Shown: positions 30,711-43,494 of the stretch, one piece after another
Numbering within the stretch: the first letter of the stretch is position 1
Layout of the letters: every line of letters starts with the position of its first letter
Source of the DNA: Adineta vaga
Taxonomy: Eukaryota > Animalia > Rotifera
Assembly: GCA_021613535.1 (NCBI GenBank)
Contig: CP075493.1
Span: 6,820,001-6,884,000, forward strand
Length of the DNA stretch: 64,000 bases
Direction of reading: 5' to 3'
Notes under the pieces: model-generated
The model's input: only the letters and a program-made list of their open reading frames with translations
The model's database searches: none
What the model was told of the DNA's origin: nothing
Translations under genes and position numbers: made by a program

Positions 30711-32288
30711 TTAAAATTTATTTTGATTACCATTCATATCTAACTCATCGGAAGGATGCCGACGATTTTGCTTTTCAGGCTTTGGTCCTTTGACAACTTT
30801 GACACGATCATTTGTTAATCTTTTCATTTTGATACCATTTTCATTTAAACAAACATCCATCATATGTCGATAAGCAAGTCGTCGTGCTTCATTTGAATTT
30901 TGACTTATCCCAACAGGAAATTGAATATGATCATCAAGTAGAACACGATGAAACCAATAACTTTTACCATCAAATTGTCGAATTTGTTCACGACTTACTA
31001 CATTGATTCGACTTTGTTGAAGAACAGATTCAATTTCGCTTATGTTTGATGTAGATTGTAAATGATAATTACGTAAAATTTCAGCTAGTTTCGAAACTGA
31101 AACTGTATCTGCAAAACACACACGAATATTGTTTCTAAAAACAATAGCAATCAAAATGAGATTTGATAATATGCAAAAAAAATAGAATTTTTTACAATTC
31201 TTGATCCGAAGTATCGGATAAAATACCAGCCCATTTAGCAGATTCCATTAAATGTTCAATTTCTGTTTCAGTCATTTCGATCTTCAGTAAAATAGCGAAT
31301 GCTTATTATAGAAGTTTGTCATAGTATATGATCTTACATTTTCATCGGATTGATGATGATTGAAATAGTCTCTTCGACGCAGATTTGTCTGAGGTGTAAA
31401 TAATCTTTTACGATCAAGATCTTGTGAATTAAGATCTAAATTTTGCAAAATAATCGATTTCAAAATATTTTATATGATATTTTTCAGAACTACTTAATAA
31501 TGTTCGACCAAGTAAGCCAGAAAATGGTTTTTCATGTTTGTATGGTAAATCTGACGGAGTACTAGGTATACTATCGAAACTTGAATAGAAATTGGTCGAT
31601 CTAGATTCTAAGAATTAAATTTTTTATATTTATGATTAGAATATGAGTATTACGAACGAGTTAGACTTCGAGTACGGTGTCGACGACTAAAGTTAGCTGC
31701 TGATAATGGTGGTCCATTTTTTATTTGTTGTTTTTCGCCTATAAACGATATATGAAAATTTCAGTTTGGATAGACAATATAAACATGACTGACTATGTTG
31801 TTCTTGAAGAAAGATAGCATCATCATTAGCCATATCACAAGTAAGTTGTGTCTGTTCCATCCAATATTTTAAACGACGACTGACAAAATCGCGAACTTCA
31901 CTGTTATGATGAGATATTGTCCAATTAACACGTTCAAATGGTCGATTTGTACCTTGAACGATATTAAGATCGATAATGGCACTAGTCATGTAACGTAATT
32001 CATTCAGACGACAATCCTTTCGATGAAGAAAAATAAACAGAACTTATCATATATTCACTTAGTTTTCTTTTACTATTTACTTGTTCACCACAAAATATTG
32101 CTCGAACATTAACATCAGTTCCTTTAGTGTCAACAAGTGTCTGTAATGTTAAAGTCTATGAATACAATAATAATAATGAAAGTTTATGGAAAAAAAAGAT
32201 GACTACAAACCGGTAAAAATCGATCATTTGAAAATGATGAAAAACCTGATGTTGTTGATCTAGTGGATACTTTTGATACTGAACTCAT
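30711..32288 (-). CDS. Uncharacterised multi-exon protein, possible dsRBD-like C-terminal motif
   Basis: Short GT-AG introns link exons from MSSVSKVSTR to ...NQNKF*; WFHRVLLDDH..PVGISQNSNEARRLAY resembles a dsRBD/NKRF-like beta-beta-alpha end. Confidence 0.55.
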
Positions 32289-32443
32289 ATTAATGTACAA
32301 ATGCACGTTTGAAAAATGACTTCAAGTAAAATGGACTAACTAATGATAGAACGGACGGATACTTTAATACTTTTTTTCTTGTTTCTGTTCGGTTGATTTG
32401 ATCACATCGTCCATCTTATCTTAAATCAAATCAATAATTCACT

Positions 32444-33539
32444 ATGAGTGATCGAAATAACATTCGACAAAATAGTTCATTGATTTACTACAAATGGTCG
32501 AAAAGGCGTTTTTATCAAAATAAATTACTACATACTACATCACGTTATTTAATTGCTATTTCTATAAATCGTAAGAAATCGAATATTAGTTGATTCTAAT
32601 AATATACTTTCATGTGTAACAATGATTAGATCTTTTGGAACGTAATCAACGAAAATTGAATGAACAAAATGATGATATATATCAGTCAATTGAACAAATC
32701 AATGAACATTTGGATATATTAGAAGAAAAATTCAATACATTGGATAATATTTGTCTTTTTCTTGATATTCCACCGCGTCTCTACTTTGAAGAAGTTTGAT
32801 TGAATTAAGAAAAAACATATAACTTATTCGAATTTTTGTTTCCTAGCGTATGATGCGTTTACGTCATTCAACGAAACAATATCTGGATGCCATCGAGCAG
32901 GAAATTCATGAAGAAGTTGAACATTGGAAAAATATTCATTCTGTTCTTTCTCAGTGAGTATTCACATCGTTTTAAAATCGATACTATGATTTACTTTCAG
33001 ACCATTACTAGAAACAGGTCTAATACGAAGTTACTACGGTGGATTACCAAGACAAGTTCAACAAAGTCCGTCAAGTGAATTGAATACCATATGTGAAGAG
33101 AATGAAACCATAAAATTACCTGTAAAGAGAGAAAGAGAATGTTTCTATTGAATAAAATGATTACGTTTTTGCATTTAGAAGAAACCAAATCGTTCACTTG
33201 CATCTATCAATACATTTTCAATCTTATCCAATATGAACGTTGATGAAAATTTATTATCTGATAGATTCAATAAAACATTCGTTATAGATAAATCATCAAC
33301 GAGTGATTTAGTGATTAACGATGAAAATCTCACATCAACAAAGCTACATAATATGTTTACGGTTTACAGAGATAGATCAGGTATTAGAAAAAAAGAATTT
33401 ATTCATATCTGAGTATGAAATTAAACTATGCTCTGAGATTTCTCGACTGTTTAGTCGACAATTATGTATCAATTCATTTTTTATATTTGTAGATTTGGAA
33501 AATGATGCAAGAGAAGATTCAATTATCTATATTGACTAA
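32444..33539 (+). CDS. Uncharacterised coiled-coil protein, 6 exons, divergent from the previous gene
   Basis: Hand splicing gives an open frame MSDRNNIRQ...LLERNQRKLNEQNDDIYQSIEQINEHLDILEEKF...EDSIIYID*. Confidence 0.6.
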
Positions 33540-34519
33540 TTAAATATCCTTTTTCAATTTTAACTTTTATCTGATTATGACCAAATATGTTTAAATGTAA
33601 TAAAAAATTAACGAATATAATTATTTCTTTTTCTTTCGGCACATCTCATGCTCTATCAAATCAACTGAAACTAAATCTCGTTAAATATTCTTGCTGTGTT
33701 TTATGTGAAAAAGTACGACGTATAGGAACTGAGAGATTCACGATTCTACAGAATGCTTCTTTAGATTTCAGATTTTTAATATTAATTATAATGCAATGTT
33801 CACAGTAGTTTAGAAATATTTCGAAGAATTTAAATCGACTATCATAAATATGATGACGTATCTTATTTATATCGACAAAAAATATAACAATAAAATAGTC
33901 GGTGAATCATCTGGCAAAAAGACAGATGTTATTGAACAGGAGGACAATTTGTGAATGCTTTATTTGAATTGATGATGCTATTCCGAATAGGCTTGCACTG
34001 TCGCAATATTACTTTTTAGTTTCTCATGGTTAAAACTATTTCAATAAACAATAGATTCAGTCCACGAAACCATCGTGTCTCGCAACAGAAATACTTTTCG
34101 ATAGCTGTGATTACGTGTTTATCTCACTTCTTCCTTGTGCCAGTAGTCATAAATTGGTACTTGTTTTTTTTGATGTACTCTTATCAGATAACAAAAAAGA
34201 ATCGTAGTAAAGTGAACAACGATAATCATTCTACGCCATGTAATAGAAGTTAAATTTATTAGATAAAAATATATTTTTGATATTATCCAGGTCGACGAAT
34301 ACGGAGTCCGTAGCAGACACCTATAATGAATAGCATACATTCGCGATAATACCGTATTTTGCCTTATCGTCTGTCTCAATAGTGGTTGATGTATATCTCT
34401 GTGTCATACAATGGTCTACTTGAATTTTTTCTAGATTAAAGTAAAAGATGAATTTATTTCAGACTAAAACCATGTGTCGTTGAATATTCGTGACCATATA
34501 AATACATACATGTATATTT

Positions 34520-34853
34520 CCACACGACAGCCGACTTGACCTTGAATTTTGAAGGTCGACAACTTTAATCTACCACTGGAAGAGCACATATGATCGCTTC
34601 TCCAGGCCGCTTTAAAGGGTCACAATATAAGTAGAAGCTGTGCATTCTTTCAATATCAAGTTGAGGGTGATTATAGGTTTCTGGTTGCATAAAATTTAAA
34701 CTCTTCTCTTTGCTTGAATGTTCATCGTGCTGCTGTTGAAGTCGTATGTTTGATTATATCTCACTTCACGGCGAAGTCGTCATTTTTCTGGAGTTTCAAC
34801 TTCTCCTGGCGCATATATGTTTCTGCTCAATGAAGTTCTTTTTCTGATGGCAT
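34520..34853 (-). mobile_element. Decayed Helitron RepHel N-terminal fragment
   Basis: Frameshifted, stop-containing peptides YNHPQLDIERM..YCDPLKRPGEA, MCSSSGRLKL and TFKIQGQV resemble Helitron C..C.ALKW.GE..MCC..G and TFK.QGQVYH motifs. Confidence 0.6.
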
Positions 34854-35167
34854 TTTGTAACATTTGCAATGCAAATAACAAAAATCAGAAGGTCTCTTGA
34901 AGAAAGACCTTTTAAATTTATTTTCAAATTACAACCAAAAATACTATAATAATTCGTAAGCTTCTAATTTTTATAATAAATAAATGTTACAGACTTACTT
35001 ATTCTTATTTGGGGATATCCATCGATAGAATAAGTATATTATTAAAATTGTTGAATAATAAAGAACAATATCATAATGAATATATAGCTTTGCTATTGAT
35101 AAATAGTAGAAAAAGATATCCATATGTATACGAAGTATTAGAATATTCTTGTAGTATCATTACATAG

Positions 35168-35448
35168 CCCAGGTCAAAGAAAGCGGCGTTGTAAACTGCC
35201 TTAAACGATGGGAAAACGGCGAAAACCGGGACTAGTACGCCACCGTAATCCGTTAATCCAGAAATGTATAGAAATACGGTGTAAAAAGATGGTCGTTTTG
35301 CAGCAAGAAACGACCGAAAACGGCGATCGTAGTGCGAAATGCCGGTTTATGGTGAAATACGGTCAAAACTAAGGCAGAAAATTGCTGTTTTCTAACCTTT
35401 TTCGGTCGTTTCAGGCGCCGTTTCCGACCACCAAAATGACGTCCTGGG
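35168..35448. mobile_element. 281-bp GC-rich MITE with CCCAGG...CCTGGG termini and an AG flank on each side (CMC/EnSpm-like)
   Basis: tAG|CCCAGGTC ... GTCCTGGG|AG; internal AATACGG/AAACGG repeats; sharp GC rise relative to the flanks. Confidence 0.7.
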
Positions 35449-36465
35449 AGAGTAATGTGAAAATTCCAATGACGATACGTGATGCGTGATAACAACCATT
35501 ACGATAAAGGAAAAATAATCATGTGTATTTTGTTTCGTTTGAAAGTATAGGTGAAATTTCACCTAGCACTCCCGTTCTGACCTCTCATTGATGTTATTAA
35601 CCCCCTCTTGATCTTTCCCAGAACCCAATCAAGTACCGTGAAAAGTTTGATGATACTAGCTATTAAGGGGACTATAAATGCATAAAGAACAGACAGATAA
35701 ATAAACATTCTTCTTTATACGTATAGATAGATAATCTAAATACTTTTAATTTTCAAGGTGCTGTTTCTTTGAATCTTAGTTTCTTCTTCAGCACAAAGAG
35801 TATTTTTTTAAATTGTTATAACCTAAAGATAGAAAAATCATCTTAATGATGCAGATGGTGAGAGTAATGGTACAAATATATGTATGTATGTCTTGCCATT
35901 GTATGATGGGAGGATTCGAATGCTGAGACAGAACTCTAGAAAATGTTGAGTAGGATGAGGCGTATATGATTGACTTCCGATCTCGAATAAAAAGTTAAGT
36001 TTTGTAACAACAATCAGCTAATAAGTCTTCTTCTCTTCTTTCTGGATTTTAGATTGAACTATGAGAAATACGTTTTAGAATCGTTTTCGAATGTATGCAA
36101 ATATGTTAATTCGATTTCTGAACAAGAGTTCTATTTCATACGAATATTCTGATGAGCAACCCACGTAGATCATTGAGCTTATTTTAATAAAAATGATTCT
36201 TATTACAGCGAATCATAAAAAATCAATTAAGAGTCGATTTGAATAGATTCTGTGTGGTAAATCATCATTATTTAGGTCATCAATACTTGTTACATCTGTC
36301 ATAGGATTGTAAACGTATGCGATTCTATTTTTTTCAATGATCATTTTCTTCTTTATTGATATCAAACTGTTCTCACAGGATTCTTGACGATCAAAAACTA
36401 TATAAAAATGCTTTTTGCATTCAACCGCATGTTTTATTTAACGAAAAATAGAATATAACAGTGAT

Positions 36466-37876
36466 TTAACCAGCTTTCTTGACAACTTGTACGACATCTT
36501 CATCCAATCTAAAATGTAGAAAAAAAATGTTAATTAATTTTTCTACAATACTATTAGTACTTACAGATTATGTTCTTTACCGACTTTTTGTGGAAGATGT
36601 TTCACAGAAGCACCCTAAAAATATCGAATTCATATTAGCAAACAAAAGAAACAAATATACGGATTGTTTTTCTCACCCAAACCAATGCATATTTAAAATC
36701 AGCAAGAATGGCTCGATGAATTTTATTACAAAAATCTTCCACAGAAGTTTTGCCTTGTGTTAAAACAACTGGTGCTGAATAATCTGGTAATTGACCTTTT
36801 GGTTTCGTATAGATTCTAACAAGTTTCAGATATAGCCACATTTTCTCTAATAAATCATCAAAATTCCATTTATGATGAGCAGATATTGGAACACAATGAG
36901 GAATTTTATAGATAATATCTAATTCTTCAATTGAGATTTGATCGATTTTATTTAAAACGTATATAGCTGGAACGTAGACACGATTGCCTTCAATTAAATC
37001 AATAATATCATCTTCAGTTGCATCACAACGAAGAAGAATATCCTAATTGTAAATGAAATTTATATATTTAGATGGAATAGAATCAAACATGAACTTTTGT
37101 CACTTACAGCATTATGAATTTTATATTCTCCTAAGATAGCTTTCACTGTTTCAAGATCCAGCGATGATTGTGGTACTAATGCTTGATAATTTAAGCCACC
37201 TTTATCTTTTCGTTTAAAATAAATATTTGGTGGTTCTTTATTTAAACGTATACCAAAACCTTCAAGTTCATATTCAATTAATTTTTTATGACCTAATGGT
37301 TTGAGTACATCGAGTACGATATAAATCAGATTACATGTTCGAGCAACTAAATAATTTACAAAACACAAATTAATTATATGATTAAAATATAATCTAAAAT
37401 AAAACATACCGGCAATAACTTGTTTACCACGACCTTTACCATCTTTTGCACCTTCGATAATACCCGGTAAATCAAGTAATTGAATTTTGGCACCTTTATA
37501 TCGAATAACACCCGGTACAGTTGTCAAAGTAGTAAATTCATAAGCAGCTACTTCACTATAGACGCCAGCTAAATTTGTTAATAATGTACTCTAGAGAAAG
37601 AGAGAACGAACGAATTGATAAAATTTGAAATAAAACTCTTCAGTATACTTTTCCAACTGATGGAAAACCAACAAAACCAATACGAGCATCACCAGTTTTT
37701 GCTACATCAAATCCTTCACCTTTACCACCACCACCAGCTCCTTTAGGTTCAATTAATTCGCGTCGTAATTTAGCTAATTGAGCTTTCAGTAAACCTAAAT
37801 GCCGTGCTGTTGCTTTATTTCTCTGAGTTTTTTCCATCTCAGCCTCGATATCAGCGATACGTTCAAGAACACCCAT
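36466..37876 (-). CDS. DRG1: Developmentally regulated GTP-binding protein 1
   Basis: [50 protein letters not shown]-domain [13 protein letters not shown]; ends [12 protein letters not shown]. Confidence 0.95.
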
Positions 37877-38324
37877 GATTTAAATGTTAGTTTTTCTTTT
37901 TTCTTCTTGTTTAAATCAATCTAAAAACATATTTCATACATTGAACTATACGACATCTGTATTAAATTCCTGAATCATCAAATTTCATCATTTACCGAAA
38001 ATTTCTAGAACATTCCAGAATTACACAATCGTATGAAAATTCCTAGGCTACACACACAATATCTATCATTAAATCTAATTACAAAAAACCTTTCTCATTA
38101 GGATACTTCGAAGTTCAATCGAGCTTGTAATTTTTGGAGATTTGCATAATAAACACGTGCGAGTCTCGGATGTGTACTTTGTTTTTTGTTTTTGATCGAC
38201 CTTTCCGTCTGTGCCACGTACATGTTACTACATCGAAAGCAAAAAACAAGCCGAATGAGTAAAAGCATATAGAAAGAATGAGTCATTCGTTATTACATTT
38301 CAGATAAAAGGAGTAATTTTTCTC

Positions 38325-39503
38325 TTGATCACTTCATATTTCTTTACAAATAAAATACGAATAATGTTGATAGAAAATGCAACGAATGCTCAAACTCAAG
38401 TCCAACTTATTTCCTATACAGGAATAGTTAATCCGGAACATATGAATCAAATGAATTGCGTTCCAATGGTAAATTATGATGAAAGTGATGATAAAGAAAA
38501 TGAAAATTTAGAAAAATTATTTATCGAAGATTTTCTTCGTAAATCAAAAGAATTTAAAGAAAATGAACAAATCAATTGTTTACCAATTGAAATTCGTCTT
38601 GGAACAGTTTATACATATCAAAATCGTCGACAACAAAATCAATATCCAAATAGTCTTCAAAATCAATGCGTTACAGCACATACATTACGTAATGAAGAAC
38701 GTCGACCGCGTAATGACAAACATTTCCTAATAACATTTAATAAGAATAAAGGCATAAATGATATTCAAATGTTTGAACATGAATTAACTTGTGCTGGTTT
38801 TCGACAAACCAATGATCATCAATTAACGTATCGATTATATTTACGTTACCAAACAAGACGATTAATTCTCGAACTAAAGCGGCAAACGAATGATCAACGA
38901 TTTTTCTCAGCTAAACGTCTATTAAAATATGCGACAAAATATACGCATATTGATATTGTTAAATCAAAACAAAATTCGAATTATACAAAAACATACGATG
39001 ATATCTTCGATATTCGTACTTCAATCGGTAAAAGTGATGAAGAAGAATTACATATTAATGATGAATACTGTGATTTTATCCATATTAAAGATCTTGAACA
39101 ATGTGTATTTGAAACAAAATCGAATACAGGAGAATATGTATATCAATTCAATCGTGGTTTAGTATCATATTTCGATTTTTTTCAAATCAAACAAACAAAT
39201 ACATATGATTATTCATGTATGGATAGTCGATTTTTTGGTTTGAGAGTTTCTATTGAACATCAAATTGGTTATGATTTATGTACACGTTCAAAAACAACAA
39301 CGCCATGTTTACAAACAACTAATGTTATTATGGCTAAATTACTTTCCTATGATTTTACAGGGGAAGAAGCGAAACGTATTTGGACTATTGGAATGTGGTT
39401 ATCAGATTTAGCAACACGATGTACGAATCAACAATTACCACTTAATAAAATCTTATGTCGACCACCTGGTCAAACTTCGATCTACCGACGCTCAGTCAGA
39501 TAA
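38325..39503 (+). CDS. Uncharacterised protein (large exon), possible degenerate CYTH/triphosphate-tunnel fold
   Basis: 392-codon ORF with typical codon style; true 5' exons unresolved; motifs IEIRLG, THIDIV and FDIRTSI. Confidence 0.6.
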   Translation: MITSYFFTNKIRIMLIENATNAQTQVQLISYTGIVNPEHMNQMNCVPMVNYDESDDKENENLEKLFIEDFLRKSKEFKENEQINCLPIEIRLGTVYTYQNRRQQNQYPNSLQNQCVTAHTLRNEERRPRNDKHFLITFNKNKGINDIQMFEHELTCAGFRQTNDHQLTYRLYLRYQTRRLILELKRQTNDQRFFSAKRLLKYATKYTHIDIVKSKQNSNYTKTYDDIFDIRTSIGKSDEEELHINDEYCDFIHIKDLEQCVFETKSNTGEYVYQFNRGLVSYFDFFQIKQTNTYDYSCMDSRFFGLRVSIEHQIGYDLCTRSKTTTPCLQTTNVIMAKLLSYDFTGEEAKRIWTIGMWLSDLATRCTNQQLPLNKILCRPPGQTSIYRRSVR

Positions 39504-39987
39504 ATGCGCTTATTTACAGTTCCTCAGGTCATTTTCTACGACTAGGTTTTTTTTCGCATTTCTAAATAAAACATAATATAGAAAAGTCATATGAACAAGT
39601 TTTTATTTTATGTTTTTGTTTTGTTTTAAATGAACACACAGATCATCACACATTTCTTTCAACCATAATAATGACAACGAACGAAAAGAAAATCAGAGAA
39701 TAAAAAATCACAATATACAAAAGATGCGTGCGTGTGTTTATTTCTTTTTTTGTAGCTCACTGTTATGGACTATGTGCGAACGTTGTTTTGAAGTAAGAAA
39801 GATAAAAAGAAAGAAGATAAGAAAAAGAAAGAAAACACATACACAACGACTAAAGTAATAAAATTTGAAAATAACAACAGATATAAGCGAGAAAAAAAAT
39901 GAACTTTTGGAATCAATCAAAATTGGCAAGAGTAAAAGAATCAGCAGCATATTTTTTTTATTCTCATTTTTGTTATCTGTTCAAAAT

Positions 39988-41328
39988 TTACAAGCGATCA
40001 ATAAAATCATGTTTTTGCTTCATAGACATTTGTTGATCTTGACGTGGATCACGTTTTCGAGCATTTCCTTCTTTTAATTTTGCGCGATATTCAGCTGCTG
40101 ACATTGCTAGAAATACAACAAATGATATTCTTCTCTTGTTTTCAAAAGAATAAAAGGAAAATTTACTGATTTCAAGTATTCCACCAGAACCATTACTGGC
40201 TGATGTTCGAGATGGACTAGTTGTAATTGGTTTATCATAAAAATCCGTAGCAGCAGATTTTGGTGATGAATTTATATTGGAATATGCATTCGTCGCAGGT
40301 ATTCCTTTACGTCTGTCTTTCTCAGAAGATGGAGGTGATGATGGAAGATACACATTTCCATCATGATCATAGTCGCGATTAGATGTTCGCGATAATGCAG
40401 GTGAATCATCATTCTAAAATAAGAAATATAAATATGAATCATTTAAATTTCCATAATAATTCGAATAAAACATTACATCATTCGGTTGTAATACTAAATT
40501 TATCTTTCTCTGATAATATCGATTTGAATCTAATTCTACTCAACCGGTCAATGTCAAGACGTTCAATGATTAGTAATGTTCTATTATTTATGTACATATG
40601 GAATTTAGAAATGATTGAGTACTTACAGATGTTAATTGATGAACTCAATATGGAATAAATATACGTTTTCTGAACTTACTTACTTTCGTATGTGTAACTG
40701 TTGGACCGGTAAAATCTGTAACATGTTTATAATCGCGTCTATTTTCATTTGGTCGTATTTGAATTGGTGATGGTGTTGCTCTATTCATCGGTGAATCAAC
40801 TTTACCAGTACTTCTATTTGATGAACGAAGTGATTCATCACTACTTGCTATATTGTAAGAAAAAAAAAACAGACGAAGATTAATGTTTATACATATTCAT
40901 AAATAAATGCTGTAAATCTAACCTGATACATTTCGATTTTTGACTCCAAGTTTTTCAACATTCGGATCTGTACTACGCACAGTAACTGATTTATGTTTAT
41001 AATACTCATCAGTATCTGGATCAACTACCAATAAAATGACCTCATCTGAATGTTTGGTACCATCTCGTGATACACCTTCTTTTATTCGTGCAACAACTTG
41101 CTTATGATTTTCATTTCCAATTGGAACCAAGTTTACTTCGATGATTCGATCACCTTCACGTAAACCAGCTGACTCAGCTGGTGAATCTGGATCAACTTTA
41201 CCAATATATTGGCCTGATTTACTTTTTTCACAATGTAAATTAAAACCATAACCATTGAAATTAGGCCATCGACGTAAATGACATAGTCGAGGTCGTGGTT
41301 CATTCGAATATCCACCGTTATGTGACAT
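39988..41328 (-). CDS. NHERF1: NHERF/EBP50-like single-PDZ scaffold (Sip1-like)
   Basis: PRPRLCHL...GYGFNLH...[21 protein letters not shown] domain; ERM-binding tail [13 protein letters not shown]. Confidence 0.85.
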
Positions 41329-42370
41329 TAATTCTGCTTTTGGGGTTAAAAGTCTAGAAGAAGAAAACATACAACATCATTAATCGACGAGAGAAGATGA
41401 TCAATACGATTCCGTTCTTTGCATAGAAAAAAAAACATCAAATATTAATCACAGTAAAAAGTTGTATGCTACCTATGAAAGTAAAGAAATAAAGCTTGTT
41501 TTCTTCTATCATAGAAATATATACTCAAGTTATCCTCTCATAAATGACTAAAGAGTATAAAAGAATAAAAATCGAAATGAATAATAAAAAAACCACTTTT
41601 CTTTATACTTGCAGGACAACCTATTGTAGATGAAAAGAAATCTCTGTCTTAAATGGTTAATATATAAATATGATAAATCGTTTCTATTAATGTAGGCAAC
41701 TCCTATTTAAACTGTCCATCCGATAAAAGATCGTTCGAATAACTAGACAAAAAAATGCTTAGAGAAACAAAAGGAGGAGGAGAAGAAGAAGAAATATAGT
41801 CGTTCCTACTTTCGAGACAAACATTCATCTCGTATGTTTCTGTTTATATCATCCTCTTTACACGTCTAGTCCAACTGACCGTTCGAAGTGATAGAAAATA
41901 GAAAGAAAAAGAGGCTATAATAAAAGACAGATTGTTTTATATTGGCATACCGCATGTGTGTATGCATGATATTTTGAAATAGAAAAAAATACGAAAATGC
42001 ATCACCCGTTTTCTTCTTTTTGCTAGAGACATCGACTGAAATAAAGAACAGAATAAAGGACAATAATGACGACACGAAAAAAAAGAAATAACATACACAC
42101 TTACAAACACACACACACACACACGCAGAGTATACATTCCTTTCACAACAACTGTTGAAAAAAAAACTGAAAAAAAGAGAAAGAAAGCAAAGTATTATCA
42201 GTGTTTCTTGTTGCTAACAAAATCTCCAAAAGAAAAAAAATAATGTTGAATACTTGAATTTTGAATTGTTCTTCGTTAGCTTTTGTTGTTTTTAATGTTA
42301 ACAATTAAATAAAATAAAAAACAAACACACACACGCACAAAACGTACATTAAGTCTAAATAGTTGTTCAC

Positions 42371-43466
42371 TCATTTCTTTCCACGTAAGAGTTTACCATA
42401 GGCAGATTTCGATTCAAATAAACTACGAATCGTAACAACTTGAATAACTGACACTGTAATCATTAGTACTAAATGAACAATCGACCAGAAATTGACTCGT
42501 TCAAAATTGTTTTCAGCTATAACACGATCATGTACTTCATAGTTATTAAACGCTTTTTGATAACGTTGTGCTGCTTCCATATTATCCCAAATACGTTGAA
42601 AAGTGTCCTAAATCGAAATGTTTTTGTAATTTCATTTCACACCATTTTTCTCTTTTACAAATTTGCATGTTACTCATATGTAAATTACAAGGGTTTCAAC
42701 ATGATTAAACTTTTTAAAATCCATCACTGAATGATTATTGTAGTTGATATTTATTTAAAAATATGATTTTCAAGTTGGATGAGAACGGTTACATTTAGAC
42801 ACATATCTAAACTTGTTGCGGTATTACTAACATATCCTTATGTTATCTATTTACGTCACATATCAAGAACACTCATAGGTATGTATTTTGCCTCCTTAAT
42901 CAAACAGATTTTATCTAACTTCAGACTCTTAAGGTTCGAAGTTGAGTTATTTTTTAAACGATGGTTTATAGTATTTCTCTCACTAATATATGTAAACTTA
43001 CTTTAAAATGTTGAATTTTACTTTGTAAATCTCCCAGATCATCTCGGGCAACATCGTTCATCCATGATTCTGTTACACGATCATCTTCATTATGACCTTG
43101 TTCATTAATAAGTCTTAAACTAAAATAAACTTGTTTTTGATTGAATCTTGAAACTGAATTATCAAAGCAAAATCGATATTCGCCTGTTTCTTCTAATTTT
43201 AATGTTTGATGACCATCTCGTTTTTTAAAATCAGATTGTAAAACACGATTTGTCGGAGAATAGAACCAATAATTTATATCAATATCACCACCAGCTAATA
43301 CTTCATATTCAATTTCAACAGTTTTTCCTGTTTCTAATACTTGATGAAAACATTCACGTTGACTAGCCGGAATCAGTATTGTTAGTTCAATATCAAATGT
43401 ATGAAATGAACTAATCCATAGAGTTAGAAAAAGAAGTAATATATGAACAATAGATTTTGAAAACAT
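42371..43466 (-). CDS. p24/TMED GOLD-domain cargo receptor (gamma subfamily-like)
   Basis: Signal peptide, ECFHQ...GEYRFCFDNS GOLD domain, ENNFERVNFWS, transmembrane segment, IRSLFE tail. Confidence 0.9.
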
Positions 43467-43494
43467 CTGAAACAAAAAAAACAAAACAATTTAA

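Noticed and set aside
35895-35935. TTCGAATCC B-box-like motif on the minus strand
   Set aside because: No cloverleaf or A-box could be built, so it is not called a tRNA or SINE.
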